Origin: Octopus sinensis
Taxonomy: Eukaryota
Assembly (NCBI RefSeq): GCF_006345805.1
Contig: NC_043002.1
Span: 3,906,001-3,970,000 of the forward strand
Length of the DNA: 64,000 nucleotides
Direction: 5' to 3'
Each line of letters starts with the position of its first letter. Position 1 is the stretch's first letter. Shown piece after piece: positions 24,477-37,569 of this stretch. Made by a program: the position numbers and the translations under genes. The notes beneath the pieces are model-generated. The model made no database searches. It saw only the letters and a list, made by a program, of their open reading frames with translations, and was not told where the DNA came from.

Positions 24477-24862
24477 CGTCTGGCACCTGTGTCGGTGGCA
24501 CATAAAAAACACCATCCGAGCGTGGCCGTCTGCCAGCCTCGTCTGGCACCTGTGTCGGTGGCACATAAAAAACACCATCCGAGCGTGGCCGTCTGCCAGC
24601 CTCGTCTGGCACCTGTGTCGGTGGCACATAAAAAACACCATCCGAGCGTGGCCGTCTGCCAGCCTCGTCTGGCACCTGTTTCAGTGGCACATAAAATCAC
24701 CCACTACACTCTCGGAGTGGTTGGCATTAGGAAGGGCATCCAGCTGTAGAAACACTGCCAGATCTGACTGGCCTGGTGTAGCCTTCGGGCTTGCCAGACC
24801 CCAGTTGAACCGTCCAACCCATGCTAGCATGGAAAGCGGACGTTAAACGATGATGATGATGA
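24477..24862 (+). mobile_element. RTE 3'-end insertion with 63-bp unit x3.5
   Basis: Units start at 24477, 24540, 24603 and 24666, followed by the standard tail. Confidence 0.9.
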
Positions 24863-25359
24863 TTATTAAGGCAAGCTGGCAGAATCATTAGCACACCAGG
24901 AGAAATGCTTAGCAGTATTTCGTCTGCTCCTATGTTCTGAGTTCAAACTCTGCCAAGGTTGGCTTTGCCTTTCATTTTTTCGAGGTCGATTAAATAAGTA
25001 CCAGTTATGCACTAGGGTCGATGTAATCGACTTAATCCCTTCCCCCACATTTGAGGCCTTGCGCTTCCAGTAGAAACGATTATTCTTGTGATTGTTGTTA
25101 AGCTATAAGATTTTGGTTTTTTTCTTTCTATTCCTGGAGTGGGCAAAACATTGTTTTTCGTCTCATCCTGCTCCTCCCGTCCACTTAGCTGGAAAAAAGG
25201 AGTAATCTTGTGATGGGTTTGCATCTTGTCCAGGGACAGGCTATATTTAACACAGAATCCAAGAAACTGATTTTATGAACTTATGGCTTGGGAAGGACCG
25301 TTTTGAGGGCAAATCAAAAGCAGCGCCCATTTTCTGGGAAGTCAATCTTATCTTTTCTT

Positions 25360-26869
25360 TCTTCGTTTTGCAGGTTATTATTGACAGTTTTTAAAGCTGT
25401 ATTATGTATCCTGTTGTTTATACTCTTTGCAATGAGAAGAAATGTAGTCTAGACATGAAAGCTTTAATGGGTGCAACAGCAAATTCGAAAGCAGAAATAA
25501 AGTGTAACAATGTGTAATGAAGCATACTATACGTAAACAGGAAGATAGTTTATGTAGCAGGGGAATGGAGGATGGGTTGTCAATCCAGTGCTATCAATTA
25601 GTTGCAGGAAAGGAGGACAGGTGCACTTGGCTGCCCTGCAAATTCAGGTAAACAAGATGGTGAAATTGTTCATCACACTCTTGTTTTGCAGGTTATTTAT
25701 TGACAGTTTTGAAAGTTAAATTTACATCAAGCTGACCCATAAATTCACTTTTAATAAATCAAAGCAGCTGTGAAACTTCACGACAAATGCAATGGAAACC
25801 AATCGTTGGCCGAGGAATTTTGATTTTAACTCACCTCAAGGAAGACACTTTAAATTGTCAAGAAACTTGAGACAGGATCAGCAGCCAAAAATGGCTACAA
25901 ATGAAACGATGTCTGAATGTCATCAGAGACTGCGAGGAGCTCCACCAAAAGTCGACTTACCATTTCTCTGCACAGATTGGAGTGAGCCAAACGTTCAGCA
26001 ACAAAAACGGAAGCCTTGCATTTGATGCCCTTCATGATGGAGATGACAACCACTGTCTTCAATCTTGCAAGAGATCTCAGCTTAGCTTGATGGAGACTCA
26101 ATGCTGGACAGCATCTGGTGGCCAGACGAGGCCCGTTTTAAGCTCAATTAACAGACACAGTTGTGCCTACCGAGGCTGAAGAGAATCCAAGAGTGATGCT
26201 TGATAGGGAAGTGCACTGACCTGGGGTGACACTTTGGGCAGCTACATCTCTGTTAGGAATCATTGGTCTCTGTTACTTTGAGGGAGCTGTCACTGGGGGG
26301 GGGGAGGTACCTGGATATACTACAAACCTTCTTTTGGCCCAGGGCACTGTTATATAAGATAGCACCCTTGCTCATTATGGTTGACATATTTGTCAGTGGC
26401 TTGATAAAACTTTCCTGGACAGTGGAACGATTGAGTGCCTGCACACTCCCCCAGACCTCACATTGGCAGATTACTTTCTTTGGGGGACCCTTGTTGACTT
26501 TGTTTATTGTGAAAAGCTTTGTACTATCCAGGAATTGAAAGTTAAAATTACTGAAAAGTTTGAGGAAATTAAGAGAACTCTGCAAGTGTGTGTGTCTCTC
26601 TGCGTCTGTTAGATGGCAATTGTGCATTTTGATCATGAAGGAAGACACTTTGAACATGGCAAGTAAAAGTCTGAATGAATTAATTAATTTGAAAACACGT
26701 TTTTTATTTATTTCTCCCTTCTTGCACACTGTAATAACATAAATTGCAAACAAACAATAAACTGACAGCCAGGAAACAAGAATTACAAGTCAATCGTATC
26801 TCCCAATTGAGAAGTCACACATATTAACCTTAAAACAGGAATTGGCCACTAGTTTTCACTCACCCTGTA
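25360..26869 (+). mobile_element. Decayed Tc1/mariner transposon
   Basis: Frameshifted WLDKTFPGQW...PAHSPDLTLADYFLWGTL..FVY; right end CACCCTG|TA. Confidence 0.7.
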
Positions 26870-26884
26870 TGTGTGTGTGTGTGT

Positions 26885-27280
26885 GTGTATATACTCTTTT
26901 ACTTGTTTCAGTCATTTGACTGCAGCCATGCTGGAGCTCCACCTTTAGTCGATCAAATCGAACCCGGGACTTATTCTTTGTAAGCCCAGTACTTATTCTA
27001 TCGGTCTCTTTTGCCGAACCGCTAAGTGACGGGGACATAAACACACCAGCATCGGTTGTCAAGCAATGCTAGGGGGACAAACACAGACACACACTTATAT
27101 ATATATATATATACGACAGGATTCTTTCAGTTTCTGTCTACCAAATCCACTCACAAGGCATTGGTCGGCCCAGGACTATAGCAGAAGACACTTGCCCAAG
27201 GTGTCACGCAGTGGGACTGAACCCGGAACCATGTGGTTGGTAAACAAGCTACTTACCACACAGCCACTCCTGCACCTAAT
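26885..27280 (-). mobile_element. SINE family A copy (a second partial copy lies at about 27590-27740)
   Basis: Full-length match in reverse, ending accacacagccactcctgcacc. Confidence 0.85.
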
Positions 27281-27284
27281 ATAT

Positions 27285-27334
<50 letters not shown>

Positions 27335-28194
27335 CATTTAACATCCATTTTCCATGCTACCATGGGTTGGACGGTTCAACCGGAGGCTGCACCAGGCTCC
27401 AATCTTGATCTGGCAGAGTTTCTACTGCTGGATGCCCTTCCTAACGTCAACCATTCCGTGAGTGTAGTGGGTGCTTTTTATGTGCTACCGGCACAGGGGC
27501 CAGAGGAGGCTGGCAAACGGCCACGATCGATATATATATATATATATCCCTCTCTCTCTTTTGGAGAGGCACAAGCACCTACACGCACATGTACACACAC
27601 GGCAGTAACTTCCGCCTGCCGAATTCAATCACAAAGCTTTGGTTGGCTCGGGGCTATAGCAGAAGACACCTACCCAAAGTGCCATGCAGTGGGACTGAAC
27701 CCGAAACCATGTAGCTAGGAAGCAAGCTCCCTAACCACACATAAAAAATCATCACTGGTGTTGGTGTCATGAATAAAATCAGCCAATACACTCTGTAAAG
27801 TGGCTGGAATTAGGAAGGGCGCTGGGCCATAGAAACCATGTAAAAACAGACATCAGAGCACAATGCGGTCCATGGATCTTTTTAATCTTTTAGTGTTTAA
27901 TCCTGGTTCAAAGATTTTGTTTTATGCTCAAACTAGCCAGATATGGCCTCTCACACCTACATTATAATGTCATTCTAGAAAGAAATCATCTCAAAGCTAC
28001 AAAACAATGTGAAAAAATAAAACATTACATTTGACAGAGAAAGATGAATGGTAAAAGGGTGGAACCATCCAACTGGTGCCAACATGGAACGTAGACCTAT
28101 GATGACGATGATGATGATATCTGTAGACTATTGTTTGTCTTTCTTTCATTTTTCTTTTCCATAGTTTATGAGGATTATTGTTTTTTAATTCCAG

Positions 28195-28257
28195 GTCAAG
28201 CTGGGAAAGTGTTTGTAGCACAAGTGGGTGAATTCATGAGAGCAGAAACTAAAGTTG
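28195..28257 (+). CDS. SCPEP1: SCPEP1 exon
   Basis: ttttttaattccAG|GTCAAG...GTTG|GTaagg, 63 nt, phase 1/1. QAGKVFVAQVGEFMRAETKV (cf. QATNVFVNMEEDFMKP). Confidence 0.9.
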
Positions 28258-30171
28258 GTAAGGAACTCTTGTCATTTCAATGTATTTCATGTCTGCACTG
28301 GACACGTATATTTCCATTCTCATCTCGATTGTTTCATCCACAATATGCAGACCACACACCAACAGAAAATTGTTACCTCCTTGCACATAAGCCATCTGTA
28401 GACTCGTTAAACAATGCTAAATATAACGTTTGTGTCCAGAAAATTTGCTTTAAACAATTTTTACAATTGGAAAATTTGTCACCCTAAAAGAGGCACAAAA
28501 GCAGACGGTAAACTAGAAAACTCATTTTAAAGAAATTACCATTCTCTAATTGGTAGGTTAATTGAGGAAGTTGCCATTTTAAGAAAACTCATCTTTTTTA
28601 TTTTTATGGCAAATTTTCCTACAGCAAAAATGTTTCCAGTGAAATTTCATCCAACGATATTTCTGAGCCTCTTCAGTTTGTATCCACAGTTGTTCAATTT
28701 ACTGAAATATATTTCAGGTTGTGGAGCTGTGGTTAACCCCCTTTTTTTTTAACCCATGGACCCCTTTGATTTCTATTTTATTTGGATGGATCTTCATAGC
28801 CATTTGATGATTAAAAAAAAACATCCTATTATATTTTTAGAATTAAATATTAAATTCAACTTAGGATGAAAGTCAACAAAGTTTGCTTTAGAAGAGTTGA
28901 GATGTATAGAATGATGCAGATAAGGAAATAGTTTTATTCTCAAATGCAGAATAATGCTAACAGAATGGCATGAAGAGGATAAACTATCCATATATTGCAG
29001 AAAAAACTTTGTTACTGGTCAGCCATGAGACTTGAACTCACATCCCAGGGATGAGTTTGAGTCTCATGGCTGGCCACCGACAAAGTTTTTCTGCAATATA
29101 TGGATAATTTATCTTTCAATCATCATCATCGTTAACATCCGCTTTCCATGCTGGCATGAGTTGGACAGTTTGATAAACCAGATGGCTGCACCAGGCTCCA
29201 ATCTGATCTGGCAGTTTCTACAGCTGGATGCCCTTCCTAACGCCAACCACTCCGAGAATGTAGTGGGTGCTTTTACGTGTCACTGGCACGAGGGCCAGTC
29301 AGGCGGCACTAGCACCAGCCACACTCAAATAGTGCTTTTTACATGCCACCTGCACAGGAGCCAGTCTGGCAACGACCATGCTTGAATGTTGCTTTTTACA
29401 TGTCACTGGCATGGGTGCCAATCAGGCGGTACTGTCATCGACCACAACAGCGATTTCACTTGCCTCAACAGGTCTTTGCAAGCATAGTTTGTCAGCAATT
29501 GCTGATTTCCTTATTGCACACATCACTGTCAGCGCTCTCTGGACACATTCCTTTAGAGGTAAGAAACTGTATATTAATGAAAAAAATAGTTGTGGCTGTT
29601 ACTGGTGTCATCTAAGTGGCACGTAAAAGCACCCATTACACTCTTGGAGTGGTCAGCATTAGGAAGGGCATCCAGCCATAGAAACCATGCCAAATCAGAC
29701 TGGAATTTGATGCAGCTCTGTCCAACCCATGCCAGCATGGAAAGTGGATGCTAAATGATGATGAAGAATTGTATTTTAAAAAAATTAAAACTATTTTGCA
29801 TGTTGTTGAAATATAACCAAATTATTGCACACAAATTTTAACAACAATCTTATGTGGACCCTATCAAAGTCTGCTGTCGCAGGCATAGTTACTTGGGATT
29901 TCCTTTAGAACCTGATGCTGGCAGATATAAATCCCTGAAGTGTATTTGTTTTCATCCTGAAATTGGTAGAAGCACCAAGAGTTCTATTTCCAATACATTC
30001 TAAAAAAGCAGACAAGATAACCATAAAATGTAATATATTTTTAAGCACAACTTGCTGAAATGCCAGTTAATTCAGGTGTGAGGCCATGGTACCATTGCTT
30101 GCACTCTCTGTCTGGGGTAACTTGTCAAGCAGAATCCCAGTCTGTCCCCATCTCTGCAAGATAACCTCCTC

Positions 30172-30337
30172 ATAGGCGCAGGAGTGGCTGTGTGGTAAGT
30201 AGCTTGCTAACCAACCACATGGTTCCGGGTTCAGTCCCACTGCATGGCATCTTGGGCAAGTGTCTTCTGCTATAGCCCCGGGCCGACCAATGCTTTGTGA
30301 GTGGATTTGGTAGACGGAAACTGAAAGAAGCCTGTCG

Positions 30338-30378
<41 letters not shown>

Positions 30379-30500
30379 ATATATGTTTGTGTGTCTGTGT
30401 TTTTCCCCCCACCATCGCTTGACAACTGATGCTGGTGTGTTTACGTCCCCGTCACTTAGTGGTTCGGCAAAAAGAGACCGATAGAATAAGTACTGGGCTG
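30172..30500 (+). mobile_element. SINE family A copy
   Basis: Starts aggcgcaggagtggctgtgtggtaagtagcttgc; B box ggttcagtccc; internal (AT)n. Confidence 0.88.
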
Positions 30501-31629
30501 TAAAAATACATCTCAAATCTTGGCACAAGGCCAGCAATTTAGGGTCAGGGGTCAGGAGAGTAGCATGCTGGACTAACCCCCTTCGTTTCCAAGCAGCCAA
30601 GTTACATTATTACATTAGTGACTAATGTTACGGAGTTTAATTTACTGTAATCACAATTTTTAACGCTCTCCTCCCCACTCCATCACTTTTCTTTTTAAAA
30701 AATAACAGCAACACAGAAGCAGTACAAACACCAAAAGGTAACATTTATCCTCACTTAAAAAGGAGAGGGGAATGTGTTGGGATACAGAATACTGCAACAG
30801 GTGACCATGAGAGAGAGAGGGAATCTCTTACCTTGGCCTTTGGTGCATATAAGCACTCATGGTCATATTGCTGGAACTAGCCAGGTCATGTGATTTCAGC
30901 CTTCCTTGGCCTTGTCAATGGTAGACACCTAAAGCTAGAGATAGTGGTGATAGACATGGAATCTCTGTGTCTGTTCGGGCACTGGCATTGCAAATGGCCA
31001 GTGGACTTATTGATAGTTAATAGCGACAGAATGAGGATTAATGCCAAAAGGTAATCTTTACCTTCCTCTTTTAAAAGTAGAGATATTGCGTTAGAACACT
31101 TCTTCATTTTGTTTCTATTAGGTTGGAGCATAATTGATGATTGTTTTATAATTTACAACAGTTTTATATATCCAATGTAACAGAGCTAGGACTACGTTCC
31201 ATCAACCGGTTCTTCTCCGGAACGTCTGAAGATACTTCATCCCCAAACATCAAAGACAGACATCCCAGAACATTGCAGATAACCACCACCACCAGACTGG
31301 TCAGCCATAAAGTCACAGCTAATCTCCAGCTGCCTCTGGGGCCGCCACAAGTGCGCTGTGGATTTTCTACAGCTACTGTGATTGCCTCTGCTCCTCCCAT
31401 CCCCCAAGTCATGCCTCCCTCCTTTCCTGCAAGTGCTGAAGGTTCCACAGGAACTTTAATGCCATCAGTCTCACATATGCAGGGTAGGGACTTGCATGCA
31501 TTCCCATCACTTATAGCAGAAACCAATTCCAATAACTTAAATACAAAGTGTTGGCTGCCCTGCAATCAGTTGACCATCAATTTTGAACCCAATCATTTTC
31601 ATTTCAAACCGATGTTATTGTAATCAATA

Positions 31630-32008
31630 CTAGCAGTATCGCCCGGCGTTGCTCGGGTTTGTAAGGGAAATAACTATATAAGCATTTTTAGAGAGTTATA
31701 GCCAAAAAATGCATTAAAAATGGGAAAAAAATGATAGTAAATTTTTTTTAAAAACATTGACTCATCAGACATTTTTAGAGAGTTACTTCCCTTATATAAT
31801 AGCGAAAAAATGCATTAAAATCGAAAAAAAATGATGGTAAATTTTTTTTAAAATTGTAGACTCATGCTAATACCCAGAAGGGCTTGATATGAATCACGAC
31901 TATAAGATACCTGGTTTTGGTTAAACTGCACCACAAAATGTGGGAGTAGTTAGGAATCTAAATCGTAGGAGACAGACAGACACACAACCTCTCTTTTATA
32001 TATAAAGA
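31630..32008 (-). mobile_element. Non-autonomous Helitron
   Basis: Minus strand A|TCTTTATATATAAAAG...CCCGAGCAACGCCGGG hairpin...CTAG|T: 5'-TC, subterminal hairpin, CTAG end, A^T target. Confidence 0.85.
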
Positions 32009-32043
32009 TTATCTGATGCCATTTGTGGATTTGTTTCCCGTAG

Positions 32044-32121
32044 TTAATGAGCTGATCCGTTCGAGCAGACTAAAAGTGGTGGTTTACAGTGGACAACTGG
32101 ACCTTATTGTGGCAACCTTAG
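32044..32121 (+). CDS. SCPEP1: SCPEP1 exon (catalytic Asp)
   Basis: tttcccgtAG|TTAATGAG...TTAG|GTgagt, 78 nt, phase 1/1. NELIRSSRLKVVVYSGQLDLIVATL (cf. VTVYNGQLDLIV). Confidence 0.95.
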
Positions 32122-32204
32122 GTGAGTAGAACAACTGGTTTCCTTATTTATCCTGTTTACACTGAATATATTGTAATGTTTAGCATAATCAGATCACATC
32201 ATCA

Positions 32205-32490
32205 TCATTGTTCGACCATGGTCGAGACAATGGAATTTACCATGCTATGCCAGACTTCACGCTCCATCATGGCATTATGGAGGTCCTGTTGCTGGATGCC
32301 TGTATCCCTGGAGATTACATCAGGGTAGGAGAGTGTGCGCCCTCTGGTATTGCGAGTAGATGGCTTCCAGAGGAGAAGAGTAGAAATTACCTCTTTTTCA
32401 GCTCTACAACAATGTCCAGCAAACTGGACTCTCCTACCTTTCACAAGAGATGACACAGGTGGTAGTTTCCCATATATTTGCATTTTGGTT
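32205..32490 (-). mobile_element. 3' fragment of a second RTE-like LINE family
   Basis: IYGKLPPVSSLVKGRRVQFAGHCCRA...DREVW-like C-terminus followed by a (TGA)n tail. Confidence 0.7.
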
Positions 32491-33768
32491 GGATGGTGAG
32501 GGGGCAAAAAAAAAAAAACGTTTTTAATTCTTTATTTCAAAATATATTTTGTTGTCATTACACAATAAAAAAAGCAAAAAAAAAAAAGCAGATGCCACAG
32601 AAATTTGCTTTTGTTAACTTTGGAAGAAAAAAAAAAAAGTTGTCTGTAACTTTTACTCTTCCGTACTGACATCATTGTTTGGAGGCTTTGACAGAGCCCA
32701 GACGACTGTACTGAATGCCAATGTCTGCTTTGGAATGGTTTCTGTGGCTGGATGCCTTTTGTAATACCAACCACTTCATAGAGTGCATTGGGTGCTTTTA
32801 CGTGCCACCAGCAGTTGCAAGGTCACCTAGACAAGACCCCTTGAGTGAAGGGCAGTGAAGTATTGAGGGGAAGTGACTTTTTCTGGTGAGGAGCAGTTAA
32901 AATTTGATAGAGCGACAGGAAAGAGAGGCATGATGATGATAAAGCCTCAGGGTAGAGCAGAATGACAGAGGATTGGAAAAGGGAAGGGGGCAGGTAAATT
33001 TGGCAAAAATATTGCCAGGAATTTTGAAGACCAAAGTAAGGGATGCAGAATTAGGAAAAAACTCCCTATTAATTTCTGGAGTGAAATTAAACATTGCCCC
33101 CTCCAATTGAGAGGATCCCCTAGGGACACAAAAAGGGCTCCCAGAATACACTATAAGGGCATCTATGGAGCACAATGTAAAGCCCTGTGGATCACCAAAC
33201 CCTGTTAAACTGTTCAACTCAAGCCAGCACAAAAAAGAAAAAAAGGGACCATTAAATAAGGATTTTCGTCTGATTTCGATGAAATTCGTTTTATCTCATT
33301 GAGCTCTGATACTCAATAAGAGAACTACTCCACGGCACCAGGTGAGTATTTACTATTTCTGGGGAAAAGTTTTGGTAAACTTGTACAATTTACATATGGA
33401 GAGGAGGGGGGAAACCCTCTCCATGTTGTGGCATCTTAGACAAGTGTTTTATGTAGAAGCCAGATTTTTGAATGAATTTGATGGATGGAAACTGAAAGAA
33501 GCTCACTGTTTATGCAGTGTGTGTTTGTTTCTCCTTACCTTGTACAATAGTTGTAAATAAGAGTCACTGTCACACAAGTGGTGTCGTTTTCAATTGACAG
33601 CTGTCATGTCTACCCAGCAACATTTACTATAGAAAACTTTATATTAAAGCTCAATATCAGAGTAAATTGAACTAAAGCAGGTATTTAGCTGCTGTTAGAT
33701 GAATGAGTGAAATCCATTGATATTAAACCAATATTTGTGCCAAAGTTTAATTGAAATTCTTCAAACAG

Positions 33769-33923
33769 GTACTGAAAAATGGGTGGAAGATCTGGACATT
33801 GCCATGGCCTTTAAAAACACCAAAAGAAGAATTCTTGTTGATCCAATCACACAAACTGTTATGGGATATAAAAGAAGCCTAAAAAATTTCTCATTCTACT
33901 GGATGTTAAATGCAGGTCATATG
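33769..33923 (+). CDS. SCPEP1: SCPEP1 exon (catalytic His)
   Basis: ttcttcaaacAG|GTACTG...CATATG|GTaagt, 155 nt. TEKWVEDL...KNFSFYWMLNAGHM (cf. NLAFYWILKAGHM). Confidence 0.95.
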
Positions 33924-34276
33924 GTAAGTATTCACCCTTTTTTTTCCATTGTATTTCGGGGTTTAAACATCACAAATTGATTACACACAAAATACAAATA
34001 CAGCAAAATAGACTTCTACTGGTTTGTTTACTTTTGTTTTCATACAAATGAATGCAGTATAGTATTAGTAGTACACCTGAAAGGCAGGGAACAATCCAGG
34101 TGGGTGACCATTTTGTAATTCATCTAAAGTATAGAAATCAACATTTGTTTTGTTTCAGCCAAATAAGATGGTTGTCAGTGGGGGTCCATTGATTAAAGCA
34201 AAGCCCTTTTAATTAGCAGCAGCAGCTCTTGCACAGTTAAAAATAACCAATTCCATTTTCTATTTTTCTCTTGTAG

Positions 34277-34333
34277 ATTCCATCAGATAATCCAACGGGT
34301 GCATTGCAAATGGTCAAATTAATTTTAGCTTGA
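34277..34333 (+). CDS. SCPEP1: SCPEP1 terminal coding exon
   Basis: tttttctcttgtAG|ATTCCATCAGAT...TGA; IPSDNPTGALQMVKLILA* (cf. VPSDQGDMALKM). The 8 exons total 885 nt with no frame break. Confidence 0.93.
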   Translation: MPSDNPTGALQMVKLILA

Positions 34334-34430
34334 GCTTAACAGAAAGGTCAACCCTACACAAGCCTTCAAGGACCTGAGTATTTTGGAAGCATCTCAAACC
34401 TACTTTTGTTCTCCGGTGAAAATTGCCAAA

Positions 34431-34436
34431 AATAAA
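34431..34436 (+). terminator. Candidate poly(A) signal of SCPEP1
   Basis: AATAAA about 100 nt downstream of the stop codon; common by chance in AT-rich DNA. Confidence 0.35.
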
Positions 34437-37400
34437 TGCTTCAAAGATTTATTTTCTTCTCCTTTGCTTTAATTAAGAAAAATAGAATTCTTGTTGCTTT
34501 TATATTGCAAAACAGACCATCAGTGAGGACATTAAAATCATTCTAGATTCAAAAACACCAGAAATATTCTTAAATTACAAAAAAAAAAACCCCAAACAAC
34601 TTTCCTCAACTATTAGAATCCATAGCACTAGGTTCCTAAGTCTGGAGATAATAATAATAATACACTCCCAAAATAGATCTTTAGAAATTTTTAGGTACAA
34701 AATAACTTATTTTGAAATGAAAACAAATTCTTCCCAAATTTAAGCACCAAATAAATGTACAGATAAACCAAATATTTAACATCAGAGTTGTGAAATATTG
34801 TCAATTCTCTTATTTGGCACTTCAGGCCACCAAATTTATAGCAGGGATGTTTGCTGATATAGGAAAGAAATTTCATCCAATTAAATCAATTAGACTGTTC
34901 ATAATGGCAGTAAATAGGATAACGAGTGGCAAATGCTCCAAGAGAAGAAAATCAAAATTGTAATAAAGATTGTCTCTTGGAAAGGCAGCAAATAAAACTT
35001 TTGAAGCCATGGCCTGATTGTACCTTTAAATCTTATAATGCTGGAATTCCATAACGTTATGAGGATTTCAATAAAAGTGAAAGCCTTACCAGCAAAGCAC
35101 CTACAGTGGAAGCAGACCCAGGTTGGTTGGTTGAAAAGATTTCTATGTAAGTATTGTACATACAGAGTGTGTGTGTGTGTGTGTGCCATAAACAATCTGT
35201 TAGCAGTGGACACAGTAGAGACACACTTTGGAACTGATGAAGATTATGATTTCCTTTAAAACTTGGTAAGTCTCTGAATGTCAAAATGAAAATATAATTT
35301 ACAAGATTCCAAGAAAACAAAAAATTTAAATATAAACACACACGAGAACTAATAATGAGAGTAGAGAGATTGTGACAGGTTTAGAAATCCTATCATCATT
35401 TAATGTCTGTTGTCCATGCTGGCATGGGTTGGATGGCTTGACCAGGGCCGCACCATACTCCAGTCTCTTTTTGACATGGTTTCTACAGCTGGATGCTCTT
35501 CTTAATGCCAACCACTCAGTGTAATGTGTGCTTTTATGTGCCACCGGCATGGGTGCCAGTTGTGCGACACCAGTATCTGCCACGGCTCTGATTTCACTTG
35601 GCATCATGCATCTTCTCAAGCACAGTATATCGACAAAGATCTCGGTCATTTGTCATTGCCTCCGTGAAGCCCAACGCTCAAAAGGTGCCTTTTATGTGCC
35701 ATTGGCACTGGTGCCATTTACACAACACTGGCATGGGCCACATTGGCCTCTGTGAGGCTTCCAAGGTTCTGCCTTGTCTGGCAGTCATTAAAAGAGATAA
35801 TTAGAGAGAGAGCAAAAAAGTAAGAAAAGATAAGAGTTTGGTGTGTAAACCCCAAAGTTTGAAAATATAAAATGATGCAACAATATGTAAAGAGGGAACA
35901 ATTTGTCTTCTATTTCAATCATTTGGCTGTGGCCCTGCTGGGGCACTGCTTTCAATTTTTAGTTGAATGAGTCAACTCCAGTATTTTTTTTTTTTTGAAA
36001 GCCTGGTTCTTATTCTATTGGTTTCTTGCCAAACTGCAAAGTTATGGGGGATGTAAACACACCAACGCTAGTTATCAAAAAAAAAAAAAACCCAGAAAAC
36101 CTCTGCAAATTAAACAACACTGACCAGTTTTTATTTCCTTCATTGATGGAACCAGGAGGAGTCCAAATTAAAGTTTTCTCTACCTCAAGATTCTTTTGGA
36201 TTTTTCAGCAATCACTATCTGAAGAGAATCCAATATCATTTCAAAGAGACCTAATCAACCAGAGAACTAAAGCACAGAACAGAAAACTTTGGATGTGATT
36301 GAAACATCATTAAAAGTTTAGTTATTTTAAAAAAGATGTTTCCATACCAAGACACAAAACGAAACAGAGACCATGGTTATTTCTACAAAAAGCAACAATG
36401 AATGTCATTGGTGAGGGAAGAGGGGGGGGGTGTACTTTTAACGTTTCACTTGGGTTACAAAGAAGAAGAAGAAGAAGAAAACAGGGAGAAGCAGACTTAC
36501 CTGTATGTTTAAACAGTTTAATAAATCGATTATATTTGGTCTGGGTTACCATGACAATGAGTCAAGCAAGAAAAACCAACTGAGATTGAAAATTACAATA
36601 CCTTTACTATGATATTCCAAAGACTGACCATTTGTGATATTTGTTGCTGTTGTTGTTGTTCCAATTATTTTGAAAGAGTTTTTGAAAATGGCACTCACCC
36701 CCAACCATTTTCAAAGACTTTGGACTCTGTAGCAAAACATGATTATCATAAAGTTAGAAAGCATCCCATTAACTGGTCATCTTAAATACTTTCAGAATTA
36801 AAAGAAATCAAATCAGAATCTTATATCTAAAATACCATTTGGAAAATTTTTTTTTAAATTAAAAAACTTTTTTTTTTATTTACAATTAATATTTACTGAA
36901 ATTATAAATTTTAAAAATTCTGAAACAACTTCACATAAAAAGCACCTACTACACTCACGGAGAGGTTGGCGTTAGGAAGGGCATCCAGCTGTAGAAACAC
37001 TGCCAGATCAGACTGGAGCCTGGTGCAGCCCCTGGCTTCCCAGACCCCGGTTGAACCGTCCAACCCATGCTAGCATGGAAAACGGACGTTAAATGATGAT
37101 GAACTTGTCTAAATAATTATTTTAAAAGTTATTTTCCAAGAGTAAAAGAAAATGGTTTGAGAGGAAGAGAAGGTCAAAGAGAGTGGAGGGAGTCACCAAC
37201 TGTCCCCAACAGTGTGGAAAGTTGGGGGCAGGTTAAACCAACCCAACAACATTGTGTTGTGACCTAGCCTACCTGCCTGCAAAATATGATAGACTGTCCA
37301 TCATTGAAGCACCAGGCCACTCTCTCCCGAAACCTAATCTGGAAGATAGGAACTACGGATAAGTAGCTGGAAACTCCAAATGTCAGCTTCTGGATTTCTT

Positions 37401-37569
37401 TTCAACCAATTCACTCACTTTAAACAAAGGGGAGTGGAAAATACAAAAGAAAAAAAAAGGAAAAAAGCTTAGCATTTAGCTTTGCATTAAATAAATTTAA
37501 AACCTTAATTTTCATGCTAGATGAAAAACAGAAATAATGAAAATTTGTAGTTAACTAAAAAGACATTTC

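Noticed and set aside
28625-28685. Minus-strand CTGAAGA...GAAA hammerhead-like spacing
   Set aside because: Stems do not pair; too degenerate to call.
35225-35275. TDEDYDFL resembling a Rab N-terminus, followed by GGTAAGT
   Set aside because: In-frame stop immediately follows, and no G-box (GxxxxGKT) exon was found.
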